DNA of 64,000 bases from NCBI GenBank assembly GCA_951406725.2, contig OX597816.1, positions 75,950,001 to 76,014,000 on the forward strand, written 5' to 3'. The translations under genes were made by a program, and so were the position numbers. The notes beneath the pieces were generated by a model. The model ran no database searches, was not told the DNA's origin, and saw only the letters and a program-made list of their open reading frames with translations. Below, piece by piece: positions 43,081 to 55,262 of the stretch (positions are counted from its first letter, which is position 1; every line of letters begins with the position of its first letter). Source of the DNA: Octopus vulgaris (lineage: Eukaryota).

Positions 43081-44105
43081 CAGCAAAATTTAGATTCAGA
43101 TGATATGGTACTTAAGTTAAAGACACCAGAATTTGGTATGGTATTATCCATATAAATCAAATGGGGTGATTATAATCAAAATAAGCAACAAGGATATCCA
43201 AGGTACAATCGTTTCATGCTACTTCATTTAATTAAACAATGTAAGTATTACATCAGTTTTAAAATGTAGAGCACCCTTCAGCCACATATAGAATTTTTTA
43301 ATTAAATTGACAATGTTCATTTTTATACATATTCCATTTGCCAACATTACAAAGAGGGTAGATATATAGACAGAGATGTTAATTTCATCATTATGAACAT
43401 GGTAGTAGAAGGTCCTTCTCCATGGGTAGATTTTTTATCACTGAGTTCACTTTGTTATTTAGATTTATCAATGGGGAGGGTTTTTTTTATTTGGTTCAGT
43501 GGAGACAAGCAAGAATTTTTTTCTATTTATAGATAGAGGAAGGGGTAGTACAAATGTCAGAGCCATAAATCCAACCCTATTATGAGAAATTCAACTATGG
43601 CATAGTTGAATGTATTTTAGCTAAAGTTAGTAGGCTGAAGCTAGTGGGGTAGGGAGAATAGAGACTACTAACCCTCTAGAGATTTCTAACGTTCTTAACC
43701 ATTTAACAACCATAATCCTGCTTGTGATTTTAAATAAATATCCTTTAGATAGTTTTTTTCCAAAGGATTCTAATAAATTTTAGTATCTTATATAGGGATG
43801 GAAAATATAGAAATCATTTCATATTTATATAAATATATATATATCAGATTTTTATTAATGTAGATTTATAGTTAGTTAGTAAATAGTGATTATTTTTATT
43901 AATGAGTTAAATTAAAAGAATATGCTAGACATAATATTTATTACCTGTAAAAGAAAACCTTATCAATTAGCCCATATATCAAGAGCCTATAAGATATATT
44001 AAAATATAATGGAAGGGAGGTAATCAAGATGAACTAAACTTTTCCATTCTTCCAGAGCATTAAATTTTGTTCCTACCCTTTTCTTCGTCTGTTTGTTTTC
44101 TGTAA
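43078..44105 (-). mobile_element. Decayed PLE 3' region ending in an HHR-bearing terminal repeat
   Basis: 43120-43290 is the reverse-complement homologue of 21715-21890; flanked by TA repeats. Confidence 0.55.
43202..43285 (-). ncRNA. Degenerate hammerhead motif, same family as 21718-21803
   Basis: GTGG-CTGAAGG-GTGCT...AGCAT-GAAA-CGATTG-TA-CC; A9>G change and a deletion in the 3' strand of stem I. Confidence 0.6.
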
Positions 44106-44426
44106 ATTTGATATATATATATGTATATATGTATATATATATCAACCTTGTAAGGGATACTTATATCCAATGAATAGACTGGTGTGTTACCTATTTTTAA
44201 CTATGAGCATTAGTGTTAGTGCTCATAAATGATAGATAATGACAAAAATTATCTACAGTTTACCAATATTCAAGGAAAACAGAAAATGGAGATACAAATG
44301 ATGAATAACAATTGATTTACATCAATTATAATTCATTAATTAATTACATGTCTTTGTATAATTAATTGATAAGTGATAATTGATGTATATCAATCGTTAT
44401 TCATCAATTATACATACATACATACA

Positions 44427-44503
<77 letters not shown>

Positions 44504-44600
44504 CGGGGAGCTTTATGAAAATAGACAAAAGACGAAGGCAGGTGGAAAACAAACAAACAATTGTATTAGTATGGCGCTCAGGAAATATAAATAAAACAAG

Positions 44601-44638
44601 TCTTTAACGTTTCGAGCCTACGCTCTTCAACAGAAAGA
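44601..44638 (-). ncRNA. Minimal hammerhead-like motif in PLE terminus (variant core CTGTTGA)
   Basis: TCTTT-CTGTTGA-A-GAGC gtag GCTC-GAAA-CG-TT-AAAGA; stem I TCTTT/AAAGA, palindromic ACGT stem III. Confidence 0.65.
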
Positions 44639-45000
44639 TACACAGAGAGAAAAAAAACACAGAAAGAAGGAGAGAAAAAAATGCGTGCAGTAACTAACGA
44701 ATCAACATGGCGATCTGATTTCGGCCAGAGGTCAAAGATCAAACATGAGACGCGAGAGCGAAATAAGGGGAGATAATAGGGTTGATAATAGGGTTGAATG
44801 ACCCTAGGATAGGTCTGGACAAGCGTATGTATGGGGTTGGTGTATGTATTAGTATGTATTAGTATGTATTAGTACGTATTAGTATGTATAAGTGTGTGTG
44901 TGTGTGTATGATAGAGTATAAGTGCGTATGAGGGGTCTGGACGTGTGTATGTATAGGGTTGGTGTATGTATTAGTATGTATTAGTACGTATTAGTATGTA

Positions 45001-46410
45001 TTAGTTGGTGTATGTATTAGTATGGCACATCATATATGATGTGATGTGTAAAGTCGTGTGGTGTAGTGAGGAGAAGAGGGGGAGGGGGAGAAGAGGGGAG
45101 AGAGACGGGGAGGGGAAGAAGAGGGGGAGGAGAGGAGGGGGAGAGAGAAGGGGAGTGAGGGAGCAGAGGGAAGAGGGAAGGAGGGAGGGAGAAAGAGGGA
45201 AGAAGGGAAGGGGAGTAGGGGTGAAAGGATGAAGGACTGAAGAAGTAGGGGTCGGGGGGAAGGATAGGTGAGGAGGGGGAGAGAGGAGGGGGTTAGATGA
45301 GGAGGGGGGAGAGTTGAGACCAAATGGCGTATAAGAGCGAAGAGAGAAGATTAATTCCTGTTCACGGCGCAAACGGGAATCCGGATGGCCTCTGTGTAAG
45401 GACAAACCGAACACAGATAGGTGTTGCAAGGAGTGACCGGTGGAGCGGAAATGGCGTGAGACCGGTGTGTCGTTCGCAAGGTGGATGTCACGAAGGTGTT
45501 CCGCGAACCGGTCAGCCAAGCGGCGTCCCGTTTGTCCGATGTACAAGGAATTGCAGAGAGAGCAAGAGACGCAATAGATAATATTGCTGGAGGTGCAGGT
45601 GAAGGAGTGGATGATGGGATAGGGTCGATGGTGGGTGCTAGTGAGGCGGGTGGTGTTGGAGAGGTAAGGGCAAGTGCGGCAACGTGGGCGGGAGCAGGGG
45701 AACGAGCCGGGTTGGGAGGTAGGGTCAGGGAAGGAGCTATGGACCAAAAGGTCTCGAAGGTTGTGGGCTCGTTTGAAAGAGGGGAGGGGTCGGTTAGGGA
45801 AGAGGTGTGAAGTGGACGGGTCGGACTGGAGATGACGGAAAGCTCGAAGAATGGTGCGTTGGAGACGTAGGGTCGTGGGGTGGTAAGTGAGGGGAAAAGG
45901 GAGGCGGGAGACTACAGGGCGGGTTCGGGGAGAGAGAGCAGATACACGGTCCACGGACCGTGCTCTGGCAAGGGCGGTGTGGATAGTGGTGAGGGGGTAT
46001 CCACGTAGGGTGAAGTGGTGAGCCATACGTTGAGACTGAGTCTCAAAGTCATGGTCGTCACTACAGAGCCTACGTAGACGGAGGAATTGGGAATAGGGGA
46101 TGGAAAGCTTGGTGTGTTCTGGGTGGGAGGAAGAGAAGTTGAGGTATGAGTGTGAGTCTGTGTGTTTGTAGTGAATGGAGGTGGTAAGAGTGGAGTGAAG
46201 AATGCTAACCGAAATGTCGAGGAAGGAGACAGAGGTGTTGGAGATAGTGGAAGTGAAGTGGAGGGCTGGATGGAAAGATTGGACGAAAGAGAGGAAGGAA
46301 TCTAGATGTTCACGGGAGAGTGAGGTGGCACCGATAATGTCGTCAATGTAACGACCATATAGTTCAGGAGTGGGACCAGTGAAATTAGAGAATATTTGGG
46401 CCTCAACATA
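45001..46410 (-). CDS. PLE reverse transcriptase (C-terminal part) + GIY-YIG endonuclease, 5'-truncated
   Basis: RYIDDII (RT catalytic motif), VSFLDI, YKHTDSHSYLNFSSSHP..IPYSQFLRLRRLCS (thumb), CSRPRCRTC (Zn linker), NIIYCVSCSLCNSLYIGQTGRRLADRFAEH (GIY-YIG), PFGLN. The listed ORF start in TA repeats is artefactual. Confidence 0.9.
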   Translation of the reverse strand, partial: YVEAQIFSNFTGPTPELYGRYIDDIIGATSLSREHLDSFLSFVQSFHPALHFTSTISNTSVSFLDISVSILHSTLTTSIHYKHTDSHSYLNFSSSHPEHTKLSIPYSQFLRLRRLCSDDHDFETQSQRMAHHFTLRGYPLTTIHTALARARSVDRVSALSPRTRPVVSRLPFPLTYHPTTLRLQRTILRAFRHLQSDPSTSHLFPNRPLPSFKRAHNLRDLLVHSSFPDPTSQPGSFPCSRPRCRTCPYLSNTTRLTSTHHRPYPIIHSFTCTSSNIIYCVSCSLCNSLYIGQTGRRLADRFAEHLRDIHLANDTPVSRHFRSTGHSLQHLSVFGLSLHRGHPDSRLRREQELIFSLRSYTPFGLNSPPSSSNPLLSPPPHLSFPPTPTSSVLHPFTPTPLPFFPLSPSLLPSSLCSLTPLLSPPPLLPLFFPSPSLSPLLPLPLFSSLHHTTLHITSYMMCHTNTYTN

Positions 46411-46504
46411 GCATATATATATATATATATATATAATATAATACGTAAAATTGTATATATATAATACCATACGTAAAATACCTAACGGTATATCTTTTTC
46501 TATG

Positions 46505-46585
46505 CCTCTGAAGAGATTTCACCTAATATAATGATTTTAGTAATTGCTATTGAATCTGTTAGGCTGAACTGAAACAGCTGTAAGG
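46505..46585 (+). ncRNA. Type I hammerhead motif with long stem II and palindromic stem III
   Basis: CCT-CTGAAGA-ga-TTTCACCTAA...TTAGGCTGAA-ct-GAAA-CAGCTG-TA-AGG. Confidence 0.7.
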
Positions 46586-47404
46586 GACTATGTTTGATTT
46601 TTGCAGGTAATAAATTTCTATTATATATAAATACACACACATACCATAAGCTTCGTTTTGCCTTACAAGGCATTAACCACATTAACCAGCTCAGGAATAT
46701 TGTAAGAAATCACTGCCCAAGGTACCACCCAGTGAGACCGAGCTATTCCATTTTCTGCTACATTGTAAAATAGTTGAAACTTCTGAAGTAATTTTTATAA
46801 AATTGGTTTAACTACTTAATCCATTATCCAGTGTGCTTAACCTGTTTTGAATAAGGCAAAGTGTGCTTGAGAGTGACATGAATTTCTTACTTTGAGCAGA
46901 TTTTCATTAACACATGCGTGACTGTATTTTTTTTTAATCACGTGTAAACTAAACTAGATCTCCTATGATCGAACGATCACATATATACACGTGTAAATAG
47001 TTGCATATTATCCACGCATAGATTTACACACATATGTACCCACATGCGTAAACTAACATTGCAGCCATCCCATCTGATTTCAATTCTACCCATCGCTCCA
47101 AATACAACCTCCACTCCTTTCCATCATTCCACTTATAAACTCTGCATTCTTTATTTGCTAATCTAAATTCCCACCCACACCGTCGCCAAATTTACTATCG
47201 CCTCCCTCTCTCCCTCCCTCCATCTCTTGTACAAACACTACCGATTCGACTGCTCCACCTCCGCCATACTGACGTAGGCTGCCTTCGCCATCTTCGTTAC
47301 CATTGTTACCACCATCATTATCGCAATCCTAACAAGTTCCACTACCACCTACCCTACGTGACCCTGCCAACAGCATAGCTACCACTCCCGCTGCTACGAC
47401 AATT

Positions 47405-47428
47405 TACCATCACCACCATCATCATCAC

Positions 47429-47488
<60 letters not shown>

Positions 47489-47766
47489 AAATCCTCGTCG
47501 CCTCTATCGCTCTAAAAACAGAACTTCCAAAACAATCGCCAACTCCACCATCAAAAGCCTCGCTACAATTGCATCCGCCATTACGGCTACTATTGGTATT
47601 GCGGTTGCTGCTACTGTCGCTGCTGCTGCTACATCAACAATAAAAAAAGCTACAACTAAAAATGCCACCACCACTACCACCACCGCCACCATCACCACCA
47701 CCACCACCACCAACACCACCACCACCACCGCCTGCTACTACTACCACCCCACACCAACACCACCAT

Positions 47767-47820
<54 letters not shown>
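47405..47820. repeat. (ATC)/(ACC)/(ACT) trinucleotide cluster
   Basis: Directly visible. Confidence 0.9.
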
Positions 47821-48643
47821 GTTTGATAACAAATGAAGTAAACCTAAACCACGCCCCCATGTTCCCTCCATTCTATCCTTGCATTTCATTTCAGCTTTTT
47901 TCTCTCCGTTCCTTCCTTCTTTCCTTCATTACTTTCTCTTCACTCTTTTCCTCGTTGTTTTCTTTTGTCTTTTAATCCATGTTTTCTTCACCACGTTTAT
48001 TCTCTATTTGTTTTCCGTCCGTCGGTTTGCTAAACACAGCAATCAAATATTCCTTAAACCACATCCTATTGTCTAAAAAATAGAATATAATAAAATAAAG
48101 AAAAAAGACATTCGATAATTTTTTTTTTTTTTTTGGAGACGTTACTATTAGAATAAGGCGTGATGATCATGACTGGAATACCGTTGATCACAGAACTGCA
48201 GTTAGAAATGACCTAGTGTTAAACGATAGGTACAATAGTTGGTTTGTTTTGGTTTGTTTTTGGCCTAGGTAAAAGCAATAGAGAGAATAAATACCAAACT
48301 TAAAAAAATAAGGTCTGTGAGCAATTTGTTAGACTAAATCACTCAAAGTGGTGCTCCAGCATTGCCACAGTCCAGTGACAGAAACGAATAACATAGAAAA
48401 AGGTAAGTTGTGAGGATGCCAGCACTTCTAATCTTGGGAAATACATTCAACGAATTTTCGTCTTTAAAATCTGCTGGTCAGTGTTTTAATCGAAAAAAAA
48501 GAAAAAGAAAATGGACGACGTGTTAAAGCAGCGGAAAGAACGCATTGCACAGTTTATAGTGGCTCATAACCTGAGTTCAAATCTCGCTGAAGTCAAAACT
48601 GCCTTCCATCCTTACGGAGTAGATAAATAAGCGTTGAGGGCGA

Positions 48644-48751
48644 TTCTTCTTCTTCTTCTTCTTCTTCTTCTTCTTCTTCTTCTTCTTCTTCTTCTTCTTC
48701 TTCTTCTTCTTCTTCTTCTTCTTCTTCTTCTTCTTCTTCTTCTTCTTCTTT
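48644..48751. repeat. (TTC)n microsatellite (~35 units)
   Basis: Directly visible. Confidence 0.95.
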
Positions 48752-49296
48752 CACCTTCATTCACTTGCTCTCTTTGCTGCGCTGTGAGGGAACCCTAGCA
48801 GAAGATCCACAGAGCCTGCGATAAGACAGGGGATCCTACCGACATTGAGTGTATAGTCTGAGTTTGAACGATCTGATCTACTTACATTCCATGTGTTGAT
48901 GGTTACACACGATACAGAAAGTTTGTTGTCGGGGAAGACTGTTTACAGGGTAGTAATTATGAAGGAGAAATAACTGATCAAAGTTTTTTTTTTATAACAT
49001 CTAAGAAGTGAGGAGAATAAATGTTTGGGACGGATCGAACGGTTGGACTAGACGTAGAGTACAGTAAAGACATGATTCAGCGGAGCAGAGGCTGTTCTAG
49101 CCACAACGAATCTGTATGCTGCTAGTTTGTAGTGTGTTGAATTGGCTATTTTTGTATATCTGATAAGACTACGATCTATATTTATATGGTTTTTACAAAC
49201 TTTTTTAGTTTTCTTTTTAACAACTTCTATATTCCTTTCTGTGTTTCGTTTTCCTTTTGTTCGTTCCTATTTTTTCTCTTATTCTTCTTGCAGTTT

Positions 49297-49378
<82 letters not shown>

Positions 49379-50798
49379 CTTTTTGTCTCTTTCCTATACT
49401 TTCTTTTTCCCCTTTTCATGCTTTCTCCACATGCCCATTATTTTATTTTTTCTTTTATCTTTCTTTTCATTCTTTTCATTCTCTTTTTCTGCTCTTATTT
49501 TCCTTACAATTTTCTCTTCTGTTCTTATCAATTTCATCCGTTCATTATATTTGTTTCTCTTTGTTTTGTGTCTTTTCCAATCTACATACAAATGAACCGA
49601 CAGGAAAACCTCTAGGTGTTCACTCAATTTGCTAGTAATAGCTGTCGAATTTCTCTCTGATAACAGTCCACCTTTTTAAAGAAGAACACGAACACGTTGG
49701 ATAATGTTGTCCAAGGTACACTAACGCAGAAAACGTTTAGTAAATAGAATGCATTTGATGATAGGTTTGCTCGATCAGGGCCAAGTTGGCGTTAAACAAC
49801 AAAAGTAAGAACAAGAACACCAAGAAGAAGAAGAAGAAGAAGAAGAAGAAGAATGTACCTGTATATCTACAGTAAAGCTTTGAGTTAATTGAGTAAGGGC
49901 CTAACGTTAAATCGTAGGTAACCTGAAATTTACACCGACCTCGAAAAGGAGGGAGAGCAAAGTTCACTTCGGTGAAAGAAACTTACGTAAATCATAGAAA
50001 CGCGAATGAAATTGATTTCAAAAGGAAAGGCGTCTACTATGAAAATGTAATTTATCAAATTTTCTTCTTCTTCTTCTTCTTCTTCTTATTATTATTATTT
50101 TGTGATTTTAAAACGCCCTAAAAAAGACATTGGTACATAACTTGATAGAAAACATAAGTGTCATACTTTTCACATATTTTTCATAATATTATCAAACCAA
50201 ATATATGTTCACAGTTCTTAAAAATACAGGTTTTGGTAAAGAATTCCATGTGTGAATGTCTGCATTTGTCCTAAGTAACCCAAGTTCTGCTTATTTATGA
50301 ATGTAGCACACTGGTCAATGTAACACATTGGTATACTGGTTAACTCTAGTTAGTTTAATTTCTATACATCTGTAATAAAATATCCAAATATGCTAATTAT
50401 ATATTCATCGCTCAATATGCAAATTAGGCAACACGTTTTTAGAAATTTGCAACACCATTACTTTCTTTATTGTATTTATTATATGTTTGTCCTGTTTCGA
50501 TATACTGAATTTGTCAGTAGTAACTTTTATGTAATTAGATATATTGTTAATCTTTCGGCCTTTTCTTTGTATACTAGTTCTATTGTATAGAAAGTCTGAG
50601 AGTCCGTAATTTTTTCAAATTGGTAAAAAAATATGCTGTAAGCCGTACCCCTGCATGTCCCCAGTCCAGTGACTGAATTAAGCAACAGGTAAAGTAAAAG
50701 GTAAAGGATAACTGAAATATGCTAGGTGGTAGAAGTAATCGTAACTCTGCCTCATGAAGCTATTTTTGAAAGATAGACATGTAACAGATATCAATTGC

Positions 50799-50960
50799 AG
50801 AAATCAATTGCCTTAAATTGAGAAACCACGCCTTGCCCAAATCAGTATTCTTTAGGCTTACACTATGTGCCTTATACACCTGTATAAGGCATATAGAGTA
50901 AGCCTAAAGAATACTGTTTTGGGCGAGGCGTGGTTACTCAATTTAAGGCAATTGATTTCT
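50799..50960. repeat. Near-perfect palindrome: 80 bp arms, 2 nt loop
   Basis: 50799-50878 versus the reverse complement of 50881-50960: 5 mismatches, no gaps. Confidence 0.95.
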
Positions 50961-51039
50961 ATGCATTCCTTCTGGAACACATAGAAATTAAGAAAATTAT
51001 AAATTAAAAAAATTCATCTGCATAAGCTACTGCTGTTAA

Positions 51040-52830
51040 AACTCTCTACTATAAGCAATAAATATACAGAACCTGTTTGACAGGTTTTTCGTTTTTGGAA
51101 TGCAATATATAATGAGCATAAAGATCATTCAATGTTGTGGGCTGGATTAAAGCATAAACCAGAACTCTAGGGCCGGATATGGACAATTATTCAATCTAAA
51201 CCCTACATTCTCAAGTAAATATATAAAGAGGACAATATACACTAGAAAAATTGTATTAACAATAAAGAAAGAAAAAATTGTGAGCTGCCAGTTATGTGTG
51301 CATTCAGAGATGGATGGTAAAATCTCCCCTGCATGGTTTATATGCAGTACTGTTAGAATTAGAACATAGTTAGAAATATCTCTGGCTGGGGACCTCACAT
51401 ATTGGATGATCTCAAGCTAAACGAGTGTACTACAATGGTAAAAACCCGCACTATGAATCAAACTGTGCCTGTTGAAAAATGGATTAAAGGAAACTTAGAT
51501 CGTTTCCCCTATTCAATCATCGTGACCAGGATAAGGTTCAAAAGTTAGATACTGGACCAAGCTCAATACAAGATTGACTAGAGAAACTCCTCGTCGAGGA
51601 TACCTTTCATTGAGGGCATCTAGTAACATCTGATCCTCCAGAAACGAAATTAAAAATGAGAATCGGATACAAAAGAATCTAGTGTATACTTCTGGTATAC
51701 ACTAGATGGCAAATCTACTGCAGATAGTACAGAGAACCAAAGAAACTATCCACGCTGAGGACAAACTTACATTTAACAAATATCAATGAACTAAGATGTT
51801 ATCCCACATTAGTAACAATAGAAGTGATGGTTAGAGTAATAAAGCAGAAATCCCAAAATTAAAGGAAGTAACCACTATGAATCGATAGGATCGAGAAGAT
51901 AAGGAGGTTACACGAAGACCTATTTCTCCTGAGTGAAATGGAAAAAAGGTACAATTGCCAATAAATAGAAAAAGGAAACAACTAAAGCGAAGGTTCAACA
52001 TAAGATTGTTGATTGATATAACATCAGCGAAAGAAGCACTAATACAAAACAATAAGAGCACTGAAGAAGATGCAAAAGAAGGTCTAAAGAGATATTATAG
52101 GTTAGAAACAAAAATAGAATTCAACCAACCAACCAACCAACTAACTAACCACTTACAAGTGAAAAAAAAATGCTGAAAATTTTTGGAGCAACATATGAGA
52201 AAGTGAAATACACGAAAGAGAATTAAAATAATATAAATAGCCGCGTATGGTCAAATATAAGCATCACTGAAAATTCAAATGTTATCAAGTCGATTAAGAA
52301 TTAGAAGTTACCTGGTCTTGAGGGGATTGTAAATTTCTGGAGAAAATATTTGTCATATATTCGCCAGGATCTAACTAATGAGTACAACCTCATAGCAAAA
52401 AAATCCCGGTAATTGTCCGTACTGGCTTACACAAAAGATAATTTCACTGCTTACTAAGAATTAATATACAGAAACATTGAAGAAAAAAAACTATAAATCT
52501 CTTACATGTCTACAACCGAAATATGTATCCTCACCTTTATTACCACACAAAAGACCTCTATTTCCGTAACCAAAAGATAAGATAGGATGTGGAAGGAGAA
52601 GATATAGATGCAAAGATCAGTTGTTCATAAAACCCAGATAGTGTACCAAATACTTTGATATTGAAGAGCTTTATGACTAAAAAAATCTATAACAAAAATT
52701 TTCATAAAAGTGACTATGAATAATTGGAAAATAACTCTATATCTAAACCATAATAAAGAGTCAGTACAGTCATGGCACATCAAATTTTATGTACGGTGAA
52801 TGGGTTACTCCTCATGATTTTTTTGCACGC
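51040..52830 (+). mobile_element. Highly decayed R4/Dong-type retrotransposon RT region
   Basis: Relics PGLEGIVNFW (~52312), NYKSLTCLQ (~52489) and GCGRRRYRCKDQLFI (~52585) match the R4-type RT motifs PGxDxIxNFW, NYRPITCL and GCxxxxxGCKDQLLI. Confidence 0.6.
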
Positions 52831-53393
52831 TCTCTTGGAGCGTGTTCATTTATTTTAATCTTTGTTAAATTTTCTTGTATTTTTCTCTGTCTTTAGCAAT
52901 CCCTCACTCTAGCTCGTTCCCCATCTCCCCCACATTATCGCAAGAAAACGAAGCACCGCTGCTAATCATGGCCAGAAGGGGAGTTCGTGAAATTCATATT
53001 TGTCTTTTGGGACCACAGACTAAGTTAAAACCCTTCAGTGTTTTCGGAGCTGTGTTATTTAACCATACTTATTCTTTCTGGACTTACAGAAAAGATAACC
53101 ATATTATATTTGTCATTTGAAAAAGAATCGTTTTAAAAAGAATGATACTGATCGAAATGATAATGATACATCTTTTGACGGCTGAGAAAAGTCTCGTGCT
53201 GAAAAACATGAAAATTCTGTGAATTATCTAAACAAAAGTACTTCTTACTATGTACGTCCAAGAACTTCATGAACGCCATAATTTCTCCACTTACTAGGAA
53301 CTGCTCTTATGTAGTCTAATGAATGAGTCATGATTCAGACATGAAATTATAGCAATAATATATCAGCCCAGATAATGACTATATCAATATCAA

Positions 53394-53490
<97 letters not shown>
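53394..53490. repeat. (TATC)n microsatellite
   Basis: Directly visible. Confidence 0.95.
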
Positions 53491-54965
53491 GAGCTCGGGG
53501 CGGAGGTGGCGAACACGTACATCGCGTCCGTCATCTACTACCGCCTGACCGTCGTACCTTGTCCCGACCCTACCATCACCAAACTACAACGCATTCTCTT
53601 TCGCTTCTTGTGGAAAGGATGCATCCCGATGGTCAGGCGATCCATTTGCTGTCAGCACCCGCTAAAAGGAGGGCTGGGCATGCCGTGGTTGATGATGCGC
53701 AGACAGGCGCTGAGACTGCGACATCTCTGGCTCTATGTAGACGACGGTGAACAGGTGTGGTCGCCGTTTGTGAGGCACGCTTTCCCGCAGCTCGTCTCCA
53801 TGACCGAACTGCAGTCGTGGATCAAAAAGAGGCCGAGGAAGGGTGATTGGCACCGCGAGTGTCGCGTTGCTCTCAAGCAACTCTGCCGTCCCGTGTCGAC
53901 CTTGAGTGACTTCAACACGACCAAAGCATTCTATAGGGGATTAGTGGAGGGGAGGTACGATGACGAGCTCGGGGCGAACTTGGACGTCGACGAGGAGTAC
54001 CTGACCCGCCTGTTCAGGACGACTTTCGGGCCAGGGCCCATGGACAACTTCCAGAGATCCCTGGCCTGGCAGTGCTACCGAGAAGCGCTACCCGTTCGGG
54101 ATAAGCTCTACAGACACGGCTCGAGAAACACGGGGCCGACCTGCCCGAGATGCGGTCAGAGCGACGAAACCGTTCTGCACGCACTCGTGCAGTGTCCAAC
54201 AATTTCCGACTTGTGGGCTTGTGTCGAACAACTGCTGTCACGTGTGGGACGAGTCGGTTTATCAGCTGAGTCTATCGTCAATATAGTCTGAAAGGATTGG
54301 AGACAAACACTTTCCTCTCTGGTCAATCTCTTATCAACTTCTTCAAGTACCACTTGAAAAGGAAAGTGAGAGTAGAGAGGCAAGTTTTGTCTAGCGAATG
54401 TTTTAAAAAAAGATGGGTGAATGTAGCAAGGATGGCACGTATGAATGACGAAGCCACCTTGAGCATAATCCTATGAACCCAGAAATTGAAAACAGAGGGT
54501 TACCCACTTGCAAACAAATGTGGTAACATATAACAATATTGACCAAGGTTACCGTGGTCTTTTTCGTAGGCTTTTCTTCCCACGGATAAACCTTACTTGC
54601 TTTCCCCTTTACACCATATATCATAACACTGTGATACACGATCCCTATTAATCGTTCTTTTTTTCCTCTTCCCCCTTTTTTCCCCCTTTTTCTTCTTTTT
54701 TCATTTCTCTTTTCTTTTGTTCCTTTTCCTTTTCTTTTTTTTTCTTTTTATTCTTTTTATTTATTATTTTATTTATTATTTTTTTTGTTTTTTCTTGTTA
54801 TTTTCTTCCCTTTTACGATCCCTCTTGATCGAAAACCTACGCCACCCCTTTTTTTTTGTTTTTTTTCTTTCTTTTGTTTTTTGTTTTTTTTCATCCTCCA
54901 AAAGAAAAGCTCTACCTTGTAACTTGTCCCATCTGTGTGCAGCCCTGTGTGGCCAATAAAGAAAC

Positions 54966-54966
<1 letters not shown>
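53491..54966 (+). mobile_element. Tx1/L1-type LINE, 5'-truncated, within (TATC)n
   Basis: ORF2 C-terminus, T-rich 3' UTR, AATAAA at 54955-54960, and (TATC)n immediately on both sides. Confidence 0.9.
53506..54291 (+). pseudogene. LINE ORF2 C-terminal fragment (post-RT region + zf-RVT-type Cys/His motif)
   Basis: YIASVIYYRL..ILFRFLWKG..PLKGGLGMP..WQCYREALPVRDKL..CPRCGQSDETVLHALVQC; ends at an internal deletion relative to the 35.6-36.9 kb copy. Confidence 0.85.
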
Positions 54967-55033
<67 letters not shown>

Positions 55034-55081
55034 ATATCTATCTATCTATCGATATACCTACCTATCTACCTACCTACCTAC

Positions 55082-55172
<91 letters not shown>

Positions 55173-55218
55173 CCTACACTACCTACCTACCTACCTACCT
55201 ACCTACCTACCTACCTAC

Positions 55219-55262
<44 letters not shown>
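54967..55262. repeat. (TATC)n/(TACC)n microsatellite
   Basis: Directly visible. Confidence 0.95.

Larger units (their letters stand above)
44502..46410 (-). mobile_element. Penelope-like retroelement, 5'-truncated, inserted between (TA)n tracts
   Basis: RT and GIY-YIG coding region, CT-rich and tandem-repeat 3' UTR, HHR-like motif at 44601-44638; TA arrays at 44455-44501 and 46413-46435. Confidence 0.92.

Noticed and set aside
48760-49140. Possible LINE 3' end on the minus strand with a (GAA)n tail
   Set aside because: Only weak motif resemblance; not enough to call.
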